From the NCBI GenBank assembly GCA_964563315.1, contig CAZLWG010000006.1:5198-69197 (forward strand): a stretch of 64,000 bases of DNA. The letters are read 5' to 3'. A model generated the notes under the pieces. The model was given only the letters and a program-made list of their open reading frames with translations, made no database searches and was not told the origin of the DNA. The position numbers and the translations under genes were made by a program. The stretch comes from an uncultured Anaerolinea sp. GTDB taxonomy: Bacteria > Chloroflexota > Anaerolineae > Anaerolineales > Villigracilaceae. Shown here piece after piece: positions 20,079 to 28,939 of the stretch; positions within the stretch are counted from its first letter, which is position 1; every line of letters starts with the position of its first letter.

Positions 20079-20699
20079 TTAACGCCCGCGCAGAAATGAA
20101 ATGATTGTGCCGAAAATCCCGATAAACCCAAGCACCAATATTAATAGCCCCATGGGCACACGGCTTATAGTTGAAGAAGCCGGTAAAAAGGTGGGGACGA
20201 CCAAAGGCGCAGAAGGAGTGAATGTAGGCAGGCGGGTCGGAGTGACTGGTGCTATAAACGCCGCCGCCAGGGTGGGGTCAATGGTAGGCGTCGAGGCTGG
20301 CGTAGGCGTGGCGGGAGCGCCTAACACTGGCAACCGCCCCGTCTTTATAATGGTGACATAAGGTCCATAAACCCATGCAAAAGAATCCGGGACGCCCGGG
20401 TAGTAAACCTGAATCCAATTTCCATCCTCGGAAATGCCGAACGCCGGGACTTGCTGCCCTTTCAGCAAAACGCCAATGGCAGGGTAAAGGTACGAACTGG
20501 GTCCCGAGTAAACACTGATCACATCCAAATCAAGATTGACCTGGACGATCATGCCGGATGGAGTACCGGTAACAGTGGGAATTGAGCCGGTTGGCTGCTG
20601 GGCAAACACGCCCGGACGGGAAGACAAAGGCGTAGACATTCCCATTCCAAGGATTAACAGAAGGAGAAAAAATGCAAGCCTTGCTTTAAGGTTCTTCAT
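20079..20699 (-). CDS. SH3b-domain surface protein with Pro/Thr linker and C-terminal TM anchor (paralog 1)
   Basis: Signal peptide, SH3-like VYSGPSSYLYPAIG...GNWIQVYYPG...AWVYGPYV, TPTP-rich linker, C-terminal hydrophobic segment ending RGR. Confidence 0.75.
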   Translation of the reverse strand: MKNLKARLAFFLLLLILGMGMSTPLSSRPGVFAQQPTGSIPTVTGTPSGMIVQVNLDLDVISVYSGPSSYLYPAIGVLLKGQQVPAFGISEDGNWIQVYYPGVPDSFAWVYGPYVTIIKTGRLPVLGAPATPTPASTPTIDPTLAAAFIAPVTPTRLPTFTPSAPLVVPTFLPASSTISRVPMGLLILVLGFIGIFGTIISFLRGR

Positions 20700-20706
20700 G
20701 CCAACA

Positions 20707-21321
20707 CTATCGGCGGATGATAAAGGAAAGTAGGAAACCAATCAGACCCAAAACCGCCAATGCCGCAATGATGACAACAAGGGGTACGGAATCTTTCGTG
20801 TAAAAAGAAGACGGTTGGGTAAATGTTGGCATGATCTCCAAAGTCGGAGGCGGGGTAAACGTCGGCAAACGGGTGTTTGTCGGTTGGACAACGAACTGTG
20901 CAGCAAGCGTCGGGTCAACAGTGGATGTGGATGGAGGGACGGGAGTGGGCGGAGGTTCGACAACCTGCAGCGTACCCGGCGAAAGTTGAACGAGCGGAGA
21001 GTAGACCCAACCCTTTCCACCGGGCGCAGACGGGAATTCGATCTGTATCCAGTCGCCGCCAGGGGACCTGCCCAAAGCCGGAGCAGAAGCGCCAGAGACC
21101 ATCGTACCCACGATCGGATAGATCGTGGAACTCGGGCCCATGCGAATATTTATTTGAGGCTCATCATATAATACCGTGATAAAGATGCCGGCCCCAGGCG
21201 TCGAGTCGGCTGTGGGTTGTTGCGCCAGGGCTGGCGTCGAAGGAGAGGCGGTACATACTCCAATAGCGGAAAAGACAGCCAACAGTGTGGCAATGATGAA
21301 TTGAAACCGGGTTTGTATCAT
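20707..21321 (-). CDS. SH3b-domain surface protein with Pro/Thr linker and C-terminal TM anchor (paralog 2)
   Basis: INIRMGPSSTIYPIVG...GDWIQIEFP...KGWVYSPLV; shares DPTLAAxF and TRLPTFTP with the neighbour; ends in a TM plus RR. Confidence 0.75.
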   Translation of the reverse strand: MIQTRFQFIIATLLAVFSAIGVCTASPSTPALAQQPTADSTPGAGIFITVLYDEPQINIRMGPSSTIYPIVGTMVSGASAPALGRSPGGDWIQIEFPSAPGGKGWVYSPLVQLSPGTLQVVEPPPTPVPPSTSTVDPTLAAQFVVQPTNTRLPTFTPPPTLEIMPTFTQPSSFYTKDSVPLVVIIAALAVLGLIGFLLSFIIRR

Positions 21322-21370
21322 TTCGTATGATCTTCCAAGGAGAATCGCAAAGGCGATTATAATCGAGTTT

Positions 21371-21955
21371 ATGGAGCGACGAATCTTTCACGGCAAGATC
21401 AAACCACTGGACATAGCGCAAGCATTGATCGGCGAGTTCAATCGGGGGAACCTTCGCGCGCAAACCCTCGGACAAAGCGATAAAATCATCATACAAGTGG
21501 GAACACATCCGGGCGCGATGTCCGGCGGGCAAACAGCCATGACCATAACTGTTCAAACACTGGAAGAAGGAATCATGGTGGAAATGGGACAGCAAGCCTG
21601 GCTTGGTGTTGCTGCAAGTCTCGGCGTGAGCGCACTGTCGGCGCTCAAGAATCCGTTCAGCTTGCTGGGGCGGCTGGATGACATCGCCCAGGATATTGAG
21701 AATCTCCAGCTTCGGGAACGCATGTGGCAGGTCGTTTCGAAAGCAGCGAGGGCTGCGGGAGCATCCGCTGAACTTTCTGAAAATCTGAGGCGCACAACCT
21801 GCGAGTATTGCCATGTGGCCAACCCGGTTGGCGCTCCATCCTGTGCCGCATGCGGAGCGCCTCTTGGCGGCGTGCAACCCACCACCTGCAAAAACTGCGG
21901 GTTTGTCGTCCGGAAAGAGGAAAAAACCTGCCCCAATTGCGGGCAGTTAATGTAG
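21371..21955 (+). CDS. double zinc-ribbon domain protein
   Basis: Four C-terminal CxxC pairs (CEYC, CAAC, CKNC, CPNC); N-terminal domain unassigned. Confidence 0.75.
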   Translation: MERRIFHGKIKPLDIAQALIGEFNRGNLRAQTLGQSDKIIIQVGTHPGAMSGGQTAMTITVQTLEEGIMVEMGQQAWLGVAASLGVSALSALKNPFSLLGRLDDIAQDIENLQLRERMWQVVSKAARAAGASAELSENLRRTTCEYCHVANPVGAPSCAACGAPLGGVQPTTCKNCGFVVRKEEKTCPNCGQLM

Positions 21956-22025
21956 CCGCTGCGTGCCCAGCCGTTTCTCTTGCACAATTAATGGGCGCAT
22001 TCTATAATGACCGGGACTGGTGATC

Positions 22026-22847
22026 ATGAATTTAAGAGAACTCGAGGCTCGCCTACAAAACCTGATCGAGATCGATCTGCTGAGTGCCCTGCCGGGCAGG
22101 AAGGTGGAAGACGTCATCATCCAAAAACTGGCGGCGGCGATCCATCAAAATACAATTGTCACTACTGACGGCAAAACAGCGGTCCCCGATGTATATACGC
22201 TCAACATGCATCCAGAAACCTCTGAACGCTGGCGGGACGAGAAGCTGCTTGCCATCCTTCTGCATTCGATCACAACAGTTGCCCAGGAAGCGGGTTTCGA
22301 GTTTACAATATCACCGGCGATCAACATCGTTCCGGATGAAAATGTTCCGGTCAATGACGCCCAAATCGTAGTATCCAACAGAATTGAAACCATGGCAGAG
22401 ACAAACGCATCCCCCTCCCCCCTCGAAACGGGCGACTTGAGTAAAAATGAAAAGATCCCTGAAAACGCGTTCCTGATCGTGGAAGGGGTAAAGGTGTTTC
22501 CGCTTACCGTACCGGTCGTAAACATGGGTCGCAGACTCGACAATCAATTGGTCATAGACGACCCGCGCGTCTCCCGCAATCATGCCCAATTACGGGCCAT
22601 CAAAGGGCGATACGTGCTGTTCGACCTGAACTCGACGGGCGGCACCTTTGTCAACGGACAGCGCACCAGTCAAAGCGTACTCTATCCGGGGGATGTCATC
22701 TCGCTGGCTGGCGTGGCGCTCATCTTCGGGCAGGATACGCCTCCTCCTCACGGTGGAACTGGTTCCGCATCGACATCGAGCGCCGCATCCGACCGCCCAA
22801 CTGCCTTGTTAAAAGACCATTCCACAGCAAAATTAAAGAAAAAATGA
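22026..22847 (+). CDS. fhaA: FhaA-like protein (DUF3662-like N-terminal domain plus FHA domain)
   Basis: N-terminal VPDVYTL domain; FHA motifs MGRRLDNQLVIDDPRVSRNHA, DLNSTGGTFVNG. GTG at 22020 is an alternative start. Confidence 0.8.
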   Translation: MNLRELEARLQNLIEIDLLSALPGRKVEDVIIQKLAAAIHQNTIVTTDGKTAVPDVYTLNMHPETSERWRDEKLLAILLHSITTVAQEAGFEFTISPAINIVPDENVPVNDAQIVVSNRIETMAETNASPSPLETGDLSKNEKIPENAFLIVEGVKVFPLTVPVVNMGRRLDNQLVIDDPRVSRNHAQLRAIKGRYVLFDLNSTGGTFVNGQRTSQSVLYPGDVISLAGVALIFGQDTPPPHGGTGSASTSSAASDRPTALLKDHSTAKLKKK

Positions 22848-23323
22848 GCGGGTCAATCGTATTGGCTTTACGGCTGGTGACGGCGCTGGCATTATATGGT
22901 TTTCTCGGCTGGGCGTTGTATTATCTTTACCGTGAAGTACGTCGGCAAAGCCAGGCGCTAGCCGGACGCCGCACACCAGGAATCAGTTTCACGGTCAGAT
23001 ATGAAGGCGGAGCATCTTCCCTCCTCAAACATTTCGCCCAACCGGAGATCACCCTCGGGCGAGACCCGGGTTGCGACATCCCCCTCATGGATGATACCGT
23101 ATCCACGAGGCACGCGGAATTGACCTACCACCATGGGCAATGGTGGCTGGAAGACCTTTCATCTACAAACGGGACTCTTCTGAACGAAACGCCAATCACC
23201 ATGCCTACCGTCATCACCTCCGGCGATGAAATCCGGTGCGGCTCAACACGGCTGACCATAAACCTGGCGGAAGATGTACTCATAGAACCGACACAAAGAA
23301 TAGGAAAAGATAAAAATGGATAA
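22844..23323 (+). CDS. FhaB-like membrane-anchored FHA domain protein
   Basis: N-terminal TM; LGRDPGCDI, VSTRHAEL, EDLSSTNGTLLN; ATGA overlap with fhaA. Confidence 0.85.
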   Translation: MSGSIVLALRLVTALALYGFLGWALYYLYREVRRQSQALAGRRTPGISFTVRYEGGASSLLKHFAQPEITLGRDPGCDIPLMDDTVSTRHAELTYHHGQWWLEDLSSTNGTLLNETPITMPTVITSGDEIRCGSTRLTINLAEDVLIEPTQRIGKDKNG

Positions 23324-24179
23324 AGCGAAGATCGCGATTATCGGCGGCTCAGGCTTATATCACATGAAAGGACTTGAATCCACGGAAGAACTGGTCGTGG
23401 ACACACCCTTCGGAAAACCTAGCGCACCCATTACTGTCGGCACGCTGGAAGGTAAACGCGTCGCATTTCTAGCCCGTCACGGCATTGGGCATTTCATCAC
23501 TCCCACAGAAGTTCCTTACCGCGCCAACATCTATGCGTTGAAATCGCTTGGAGCGGAACGCATCATCAGCATCAGCGCCTGCGGTTCACTGCGTGAAGAT
23601 TATGCGCCAGGTGACATCGTGATCCCCGATAATATTTTCGATCATACAAAAGACCGCGCGCGTTCGTTTTTTGGCGAAGGGTTGGTCGCTCACATCAGCG
23701 TGGCAGATCCGTTCTGCGAAGATCTATCGGGGCAGTTGGAAACAGCCGTCCGCGAGACAGGAGCGACCGCACATCACGGCGGCGGATTCATCACCATCGA
23801 AGGCCCGCGCTTTTCGACGAAGGCCGAGTCCAATACATATCGCTCATGGGGCATGTCCATCATCGGCATGACCGCTTCTCCCGAGGCATTCCTGGCGCGT
23901 GAAGCGGAAATGTGTTACGCCATCATGGCGCACGTCACCGATTACGACGTCTGGCACGTGAGCGAATCACCTGTGACGGTCGAAATGGTCATCCAAACCC
24001 TCAACAAAAACACCGACGTCGCACAGGAAGCCATCCGAAATCTCCTGCACAGGATAAAACCCGAACGCGCCTGCAGCTGCGAAACCGCTCTGTCTACAGC
24101 CTTGATCACCGATCCAAAGGTCATTCCCGCAAAAACCCGCAAAAAACTGGATCTGCTTGTCAATAAATATTATAAATAA
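23316..24179 (+). CDS. mtnP: S-methyl-5'-thioadenosine phosphorylase
   Basis: IAIIGGSGLY, FLARHG, YRANIYALK, SACGSLRE, IEGPRFSTKAES, VTDYDVW. Confidence 0.92.
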   Translation: MDKAKIAIIGGSGLYHMKGLESTEELVVDTPFGKPSAPITVGTLEGKRVAFLARHGIGHFITPTEVPYRANIYALKSLGAERIISISACGSLREDYAPGDIVIPDNIFDHTKDRARSFFGEGLVAHISVADPFCEDLSGQLETAVRETGATAHHGGGFITIEGPRFSTKAESNTYRSWGMSIIGMTASPEAFLAREAEMCYAIMAHVTDYDVWHVSESPVTVEMVIQTLNKNTDVAQEAIRNLLHRIKPERACSCETALSTALITDPKVIPAKTRKKLDLLVNKYYK

Positions 24180-26599
24180 TGAACGACCAAACACAAAGCC
24201 GCCTGTTAAGGTGGGCGGCTTTATTTCTTTTTCTCCAGTCCGTCATCCTCACCCTTTCACCAGCAGTGCGCGAACGCACCTGGGATGTGGATTACCGGCT
24301 TTCACACTGGATCGGGTTTCTCGCTTGGGGAGGATTGACCTATCTTTCCCACCGCATTTCCATAAAATATCTATCCGACCGTGATCCCTATCTCCTCCCG
24401 GCGGCGACGTTGCTCAGCGGCTGGGGCATGCTCACCATATGGCGACTCGATGAAAATTTTGGCATACGGCAGAGCATCTGGATCGGCGTCAGCGTTCTTG
24501 TTTTCTCCCTCGCTCTTCGTTTCCTTCCAAACCTGACCCTTCTCCGAAGATACAAATACATCATACTAAGCGGCGGCTTATTCATCACCGCGCTGACACT
24601 CATCTTTGGGACCAATCCGCTCGGATTTGGTCCGCGTTTATGGCTGGGGTGCTGCGGGGTTTACTTCCAACCCTCCGAACCGTTGAAAATCCTGTTGGTG
24701 GTTTATCTTTCCGCCTATCTGGCAGACCGCGCCAGCATCAAGTTATTTTCGTTTCCTCTTCTTGTCCCCACACTGGCGCTCACCGGGCTTGCATTGCTCC
24801 TACTTCTTGTTCAGCGTGACCTTGGCACGGCATCCATATTTGTCTGCATTTTTACCGTCATCATCTTCATTGCAACCAGCAAAAGACGGATACTGGCAAG
24901 TTCGATCCTCTTTCTTTTTCTTGTGCTATTACTCGGTTATTTTTTCATAGACATCATTCATGTCCGCGTGGTAGGCTGGCTCAACCCGTGGGATGACCCG
25001 ACCGGCAACTCCTATCAGATCGTTCAATCGTTGCTGGCAGTTTCGAACGGGGGCACCATTGGCAGGGGACTTGGCATTGGCAGCCCCCTGCTTGTGCCGG
25101 TTGCCATTTCTGATTTCATTTTTACGGCGATAGCCGAAGAGACGGGTCTCATCGGATCATTGGGACTGATCGCCATCATCTGGCTGATTCTAGCCCGGGG
25201 CTTGATCATCTCTCTCCACGCTGCAGACAGGTTTCGCCGTTATCTTGCGGCGGGTCTAGTGACCTATCTGGGCGTCCAAAGTCTGCTTATCATTGGCGGC
25301 AACGTGCGGATGCTTCCGCTGACCGGCGTCACGCTTCCGTTTGTTTCCTATGGCGGCTCCTCCCTGCTGACTTCCTTCATTGCCCTTTTTCTTCTGCTCG
25401 TCATCAGCAGCACAGAAGATGAGGAGCCTGCCGAACTGCGCGATCCAAGTCCTTATTCGTTTTTGGCTGGCATGCTCGCCCTAGGGCTGGCCATCAGCGC
25501 CCTAACCACAGCCTGGTGGGCAATCGTCCGCGGGCCTGATCTTCTCACACGGACAGATAACCCGCGCCGCTCCATCGCGGATCGTTACGTTCCTCGCGGA
25601 GAATTGGTGGACAAGAACAATCTGCCCATTAATATTACTGAAGGAAGAAGTGGAACATACACCCGTGTTTATCTATATCCTGAACTAGGCCCAATAACTG
25701 GCTATACGCATCCCGTATACGGACAGGCAGGTTTGGAAGCAAGTTTAGACGATTATCTGCGCGGTTTGCAAGGCAATCCCGCCAGTTTGATCCTTTGGAA
25801 TCAACTGATCTACGGCACTCCTCCCTCCGGGTTGGATGTACGCTTAAGCCTTGACCTGACTCTTCAAACCGTAGCGGACGAACTACTGGGAGGACATCGA
25901 GGCGCGATCGTCCTGCTCAATGCAGACACAGGCGAGATCCTTGTCATGGTGTCTCACCCGACTTACGACCCGAACAAACTAAGCGAGGAAGGCGAAGCTC
26001 TTGCACAAAATCCGCGCTCACCGCTTTTAAACCGCGCCACAATGGGGCTTTACCCAATTGGTACTGCAACCCTGCCAATGATCCGGGCCAGATTTGGAGA
26101 AGCCCAGCCAACCAATGAAGACCTGCGCGCGTACTACGAAAAGCTCGGATTATATAATTCCCCCCTCCTGAATATTCCGACCATATCCGATTCCGGAAAC
26201 CAAGACCCGCAAAAACTGCGGGCAAGCCCATTGCAAATGAGTCTTGCTGTAGCAGCGCTGAGTAACCAGGGAATTGCGCCTGCGCCAAGAATAGCAACGG
26301 CGGTCAACACACTCGAACAGGGATGGGTGGTGCTCCCAGTATTGAGTCAGCCCTTTGAGGCGATCCAACCCAAAGCGGCAGATGAGACGGCGCTGGCTTT
26401 CATCCAGCAAGGAAAGCCGTATTGGAGTCACGTCGGACAGGCCAGTTTGGAGGAAACCATCGTCACCTGGCTGCTGGCAGGCACATTGCCGGATTGGAAA
26501 GGCGCCCCGCTCTCTCTCGTCATCGTGCTGGAAGAGAATAATATTCCACTGGCAAATTTTATTGGAGAAAATCTGCTCAGTGCAGTATCAACTCAATGA
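24179..26599 (+). CDS. SEDS glycosyltransferase (RodA/FtsW) fused to a degenerate penicillin-binding transpeptidase-like domain
   Basis: SEDS motifs RLWLG, FQPSEPLK, QRDLGTA, YQIVQSLLAVSNGG, SDFIFTAIAEETG, LPLTGVTLPFVSYGGSSL; C-terminal PbpA-like RVY, GLEASLDDYL, LSLDLTLQ, GAIVLLNADTGEILVMVSHPTYDPN, LLNRAT. Confidence 0.88.
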   Translation: MNDQTQSRLLRWAALFLFLQSVILTLSPAVRERTWDVDYRLSHWIGFLAWGGLTYLSHRISIKYLSDRDPYLLPAATLLSGWGMLTIWRLDENFGIRQSIWIGVSVLVFSLALRFLPNLTLLRRYKYIILSGGLFITALTLIFGTNPLGFGPRLWLGCCGVYFQPSEPLKILLVVYLSAYLADRASIKLFSFPLLVPTLALTGLALLLLLVQRDLGTASIFVCIFTVIIFIATSKRRILASSILFLFLVLLLGYFFIDIIHVRVVGWLNPWDDPTGNSYQIVQSLLAVSNGGTIGRGLGIGSPLLVPVAISDFIFTAIAEETGLIGSLGLIAIIWLILARGLIISLHAADRFRRYLAAGLVTYLGVQSLLIIGGNVRMLPLTGVTLPFVSYGGSSLLTSFIALFLLLVISSTEDEEPAELRDPSPYSFLAGMLALGLAISALTTAWWAIVRGPDLLTRTDNPRRSIADRYVPRGELVDKNNLPINITEGRSGTYTRVYLYPELGPITGYTHPVYGQAGLEASLDDYLRGLQGNPASLILWNQLIYGTPPSGLDVRLSLDLTLQTVADELLGGHRGAIVLLNADTGEILVMVSHPTYDPNKLSEEGEALAQNPRSPLLNRATMGLYPIGTATLPMIRARFGEAQPTNEDLRAYYEKLGLYNSPLLNIPTISDSGNQDPQKLRASPLQMSLAVAALSNQGIAPAPRIATAVNTLEQGWVVLPVLSQPFEAIQPKAADETALAFIQQGKPYWSHVGQASLEETIVTWLLAGTLPDWKGAPLSLVIVLEENNIPLANFIGENLLSAVSTQ

Positions 26600-26650
26600 G
26601 CAGAATCAAAAAAGGTCAGGCTGATTTGCCTGACCTTTTTTGATTCTGCT
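26599..26650. terminator. bidirectional intrinsic terminator (22-bp perfect inverted repeat)
   Basis: AGCAGAATCAAAAAAGGTCAGG(26599-26620)/CCTGACCTTTTTTGATTCTGCT(26629-26650) between convergent stops. Confidence 0.85.
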
Positions 26651-27063
26651 TACATACCGTCGTCGCTGTCCTTTGCGGAGTAGCCCGGGCCTTCCTTGAA
26701 GAAATCATAATTGGGCTTGATGTCAGGGGTCAGATCAACCACTTCGCCAGCTTCGAGCTGCTTGGTGGTTTCGAGCACAACCTGCTTGCCATGGTGATTG
26801 GTAGCCTCGTAGTGACCAGTGAGTCCCACTTTGCTGATGTATTCACCGCCTTTTGCAGTATAGGCGGAGGGAACTTCGTCTTCCGGGAAGATGGCGGCAA
26901 ACGGGCATTCTGGAACGCACGCGCCGCAGTCAATACAGGTATCGGGGTCGATATAAATCCAGGGCCATTCAGCAACGGGCTGGCCGGGAATCATGCATTC
27001 GACCGGGCATACTTCGATGCAGCCACGGTCGCGGACACAAAGACTGGTAATAATGTGGGTCAT
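26650..27063 (-). CDS. dicluster ferredoxin with C-terminal extension
   Basis: CVRDRGCIEVCP and CIDCGACVPECP; AAGGAG RBS. Confidence 0.88.
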   Translation of the reverse strand: MTHIITSLCVRDRGCIEVCPVECMIPGQPVAEWPWIYIDPDTCIDCGACVPECPFAAIFPEDEVPSAYTAKGGEYISKVGLTGHYEATNHHGKQVVLETTKQLEAGEVVDLTPDIKPNYDFFKEGPGYSAKDSDDGM

Positions 27064-27156
27064 GGGGTTTCTTCTCCTTGTGGGATTATGGACAAACGAA
27101 TGAGGCTATTATAACTTCGTTTATCAGCGTGACAAGGCTTAAAAAATTCCAACCTA

Positions 27157-27172
27157 CATGATTAACATCACA
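27157..27172 (-). promoter_or_regulatory. putative CRP/FNR-family binding site upstream of the ferredoxin promoter
   Basis: Minus strand TGTGA-TGTTAA-TCATG (9/10 to TGTGA-N6-TCACA); promoter TTGTCA-16-TATAAT at 27108-27135. Confidence 0.4.
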
Positions 27173-27237
27173 AATTCAATGCAGCCAAACATAACAAATG
27201 CCCCCGCATGTCTGCAGGGGCTGGGAAAATCTGAGAT

Positions 27238-27843
27238 TTACTTCGCGGAAAATTTCTCGGCAACCGCATCCCAATTGACCACATTCCACCAAGCGGCGAT
27301 GTAATCGGGACGGCGGTTCTGGTAGTTTAGGTAATAGGCATGCTCCCAGACGTCAATACCGAGGATGGGAGTCAGTCCGTCAGAAAGGGGCGAATCCTGA
27401 TTAGCGGTGGAGACCACAGCCAGTCCGCTGCCTTTTTTGACAAGCCAAGCCCAACCAGAACCGAAACGGGTCGCAGCGGCATTGTTGAATTCCGCCTTGA
27501 AATCATCAAAGGACTTAAAGGAAGCCTCGATAGCCTTCATCAAGTCACCTTTTGGCGCGCCCCCTGCCTTGGGTCCCATGATCTCCCAGAACAGGTTATG
27601 GTTGTATGTGCCGCCACCGTGATTGCGAACAACCCCGCGCACGCCTTCGGGAACCGCGTTCAAGTCGCTGAGCAATTCCACGAGGGATTTGCCTGCCAAT
27701 TCGGGCGTTTTTTCTATGGCGCCGTTCAAATTGGTGATATACGCCTGATGGTGTTTGGTATGATGGATCTCCATTGTGCGCGCATCAATATGCGGCTCGA
27801 GGGCATCATACGAATAATTAAGTTTGGGAAGATCAAAAGCCAT
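27238..27843 (-). CDS. sodA: superoxide dismutase, Mn-type signature
   Basis: [41 protein letters not shown]. Confidence 0.93.
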   Translation of the reverse strand: MAFDLPKLNYSYDALEPHIDARTMEIHHTKHHQAYITNLNGAIEKTPELAGKSLVELLSDLNAVPEGVRGVVRNHGGGTYNHNLFWEIMGPKAGGAPKGDLMKAIEASFKSFDDFKAEFNNAAATRFGSGWAWLVKKGSGLAVVSTANQDSPLSDGLTPILGIDVWEHAYYLNYQNRRPDYIAAWWNVVNWDAVAEKFSAK

Positions 27844-28012
27844 GAGAGTCTCTCCTTAGGTTGGTTTATACAGACTGCCCGGCAAAGGACATTGTCACAT
27901 CAAATTGCAGGGCGTTTTTCAATGGGTATAATTCGATTTTACCTTGTTCCCTGCAAGCTCGCAAGTTTTTGGACAATTTTTATACAAAAATCATATAAAT
28001 TGAGGCGACCGA

Positions 28013-28939
28013 ATGACTGACGCGCGTGCGCGACTCCTGCTCCCTTTTGCGATCACCATCGCCATACTCGCGGTTTCGACCGCGAGCATTTTTATCCGCT
28101 TCGCACAAAACGACGGCGCCCCCTCGCTTGTCATAGCCGCATTACGACTGACATTTGCCACATTGTTGTTAACGCCGATCACCCTCACGCGCCATCGCGA
28201 GGAAATTCGTCGCTTCACGCGGACTGAAATCCTGCTCGGCGTTTTCTCGGGCATTTTTCTCGCCGTTCACTTCGCCACATGGATCAGCTCACTCGAGTAC
28301 ACCAGCGTAGCGAGTTCGGTGGTATTCGTGAGCACGGGTCCGCTTTGGGTGGCTTTGTTGTCACCTCTTCTATTAAAGGAACATATTTCACGCACAGCTA
28401 TAATCGGTTTGGCGTTGGCTTTGGTCGGCGGGACAGTCATCGGGTTGTCTGATGCGTGCTCCTGGGTCAATGGACTCACCTGCCCCACGCTGGCAGATAT
28501 TCTGCAAGGGCGCGCCATGTGGGGGAACTTCCTTGCACTGGCTGGCGCATGGGCTGTCACCGGTTACCTCATCATCGGCAGAAAACTGCGGGCGGGTATG
28601 TCGTTGATGCCTTACATATTTTTGGTGTACGGCATGGCAGCAGTCGCACTGATCGTCATGATGCTGGTTGCAGGGAAATCTTCTTTTGGCTTCGCTCCAC
28701 AAACCTACGGCTGGATCTTCCTTCTGGCGGCGCTGCCTCAATTGGTTGGTCACTCGACATATAATTGGGCGTTGAAATACCTTCCTGCTGCACTTGTGGC
28801 TGTGACCACGTTGGGCGAACCAATCGGGTCTGCAATTCTGGCCTTCTTTATATTGAACGAAGTTCCAACCATTACAGTGGTCATCGGCGGTGTTTTAATT
28901 TTGGCGGGAATTTACCTTGCATCGAGGAGAAATGCATGA
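28013..28939 (+). CDS. DMT/EamA family transporter
   Basis: About 10 TMs; FLAVHFATWISSLEYTSVASS, GHSTYNWALKY, LGEPIGSAILA. Confidence 0.9.
   Translation: MTDARARLLLPFAITIAILAVSTASIFIRFAQNDGAPSLVIAALRLTFATLLLTPITLTRHREEIRRFTRTEILLGVFSGIFLAVHFATWISSLEYTSVASSVVFVSTGPLWVALLSPLLLKEHISRTAIIGLALALVGGTVIGLSDACSWVNGLTCPTLADILQGRAMWGNFLALAGAWAVTGYLIIGRKLRAGMSLMPYIFLVYGMAAVALIVMMLVAGKSSFGFAPQTYGWIFLLAALPQLVGHSTYNWALKYLPAALVAVTTLGEPIGSAILAFFILNEVPTITVVIGGVLILAGIYLASRRNA

Noticed and set aside
21164-21877. 237-aa minus-strand ORF
   Set aside because: Overlaps the zinc-ribbon gene and SH3 gene start; no motif; shadow ORF.
28765-28935. N-terminal extension of the YbaK ORF
   Set aside because: It overlaps the DMT gene; the ATG at 28936 coupled to the DMT stop is preferred.
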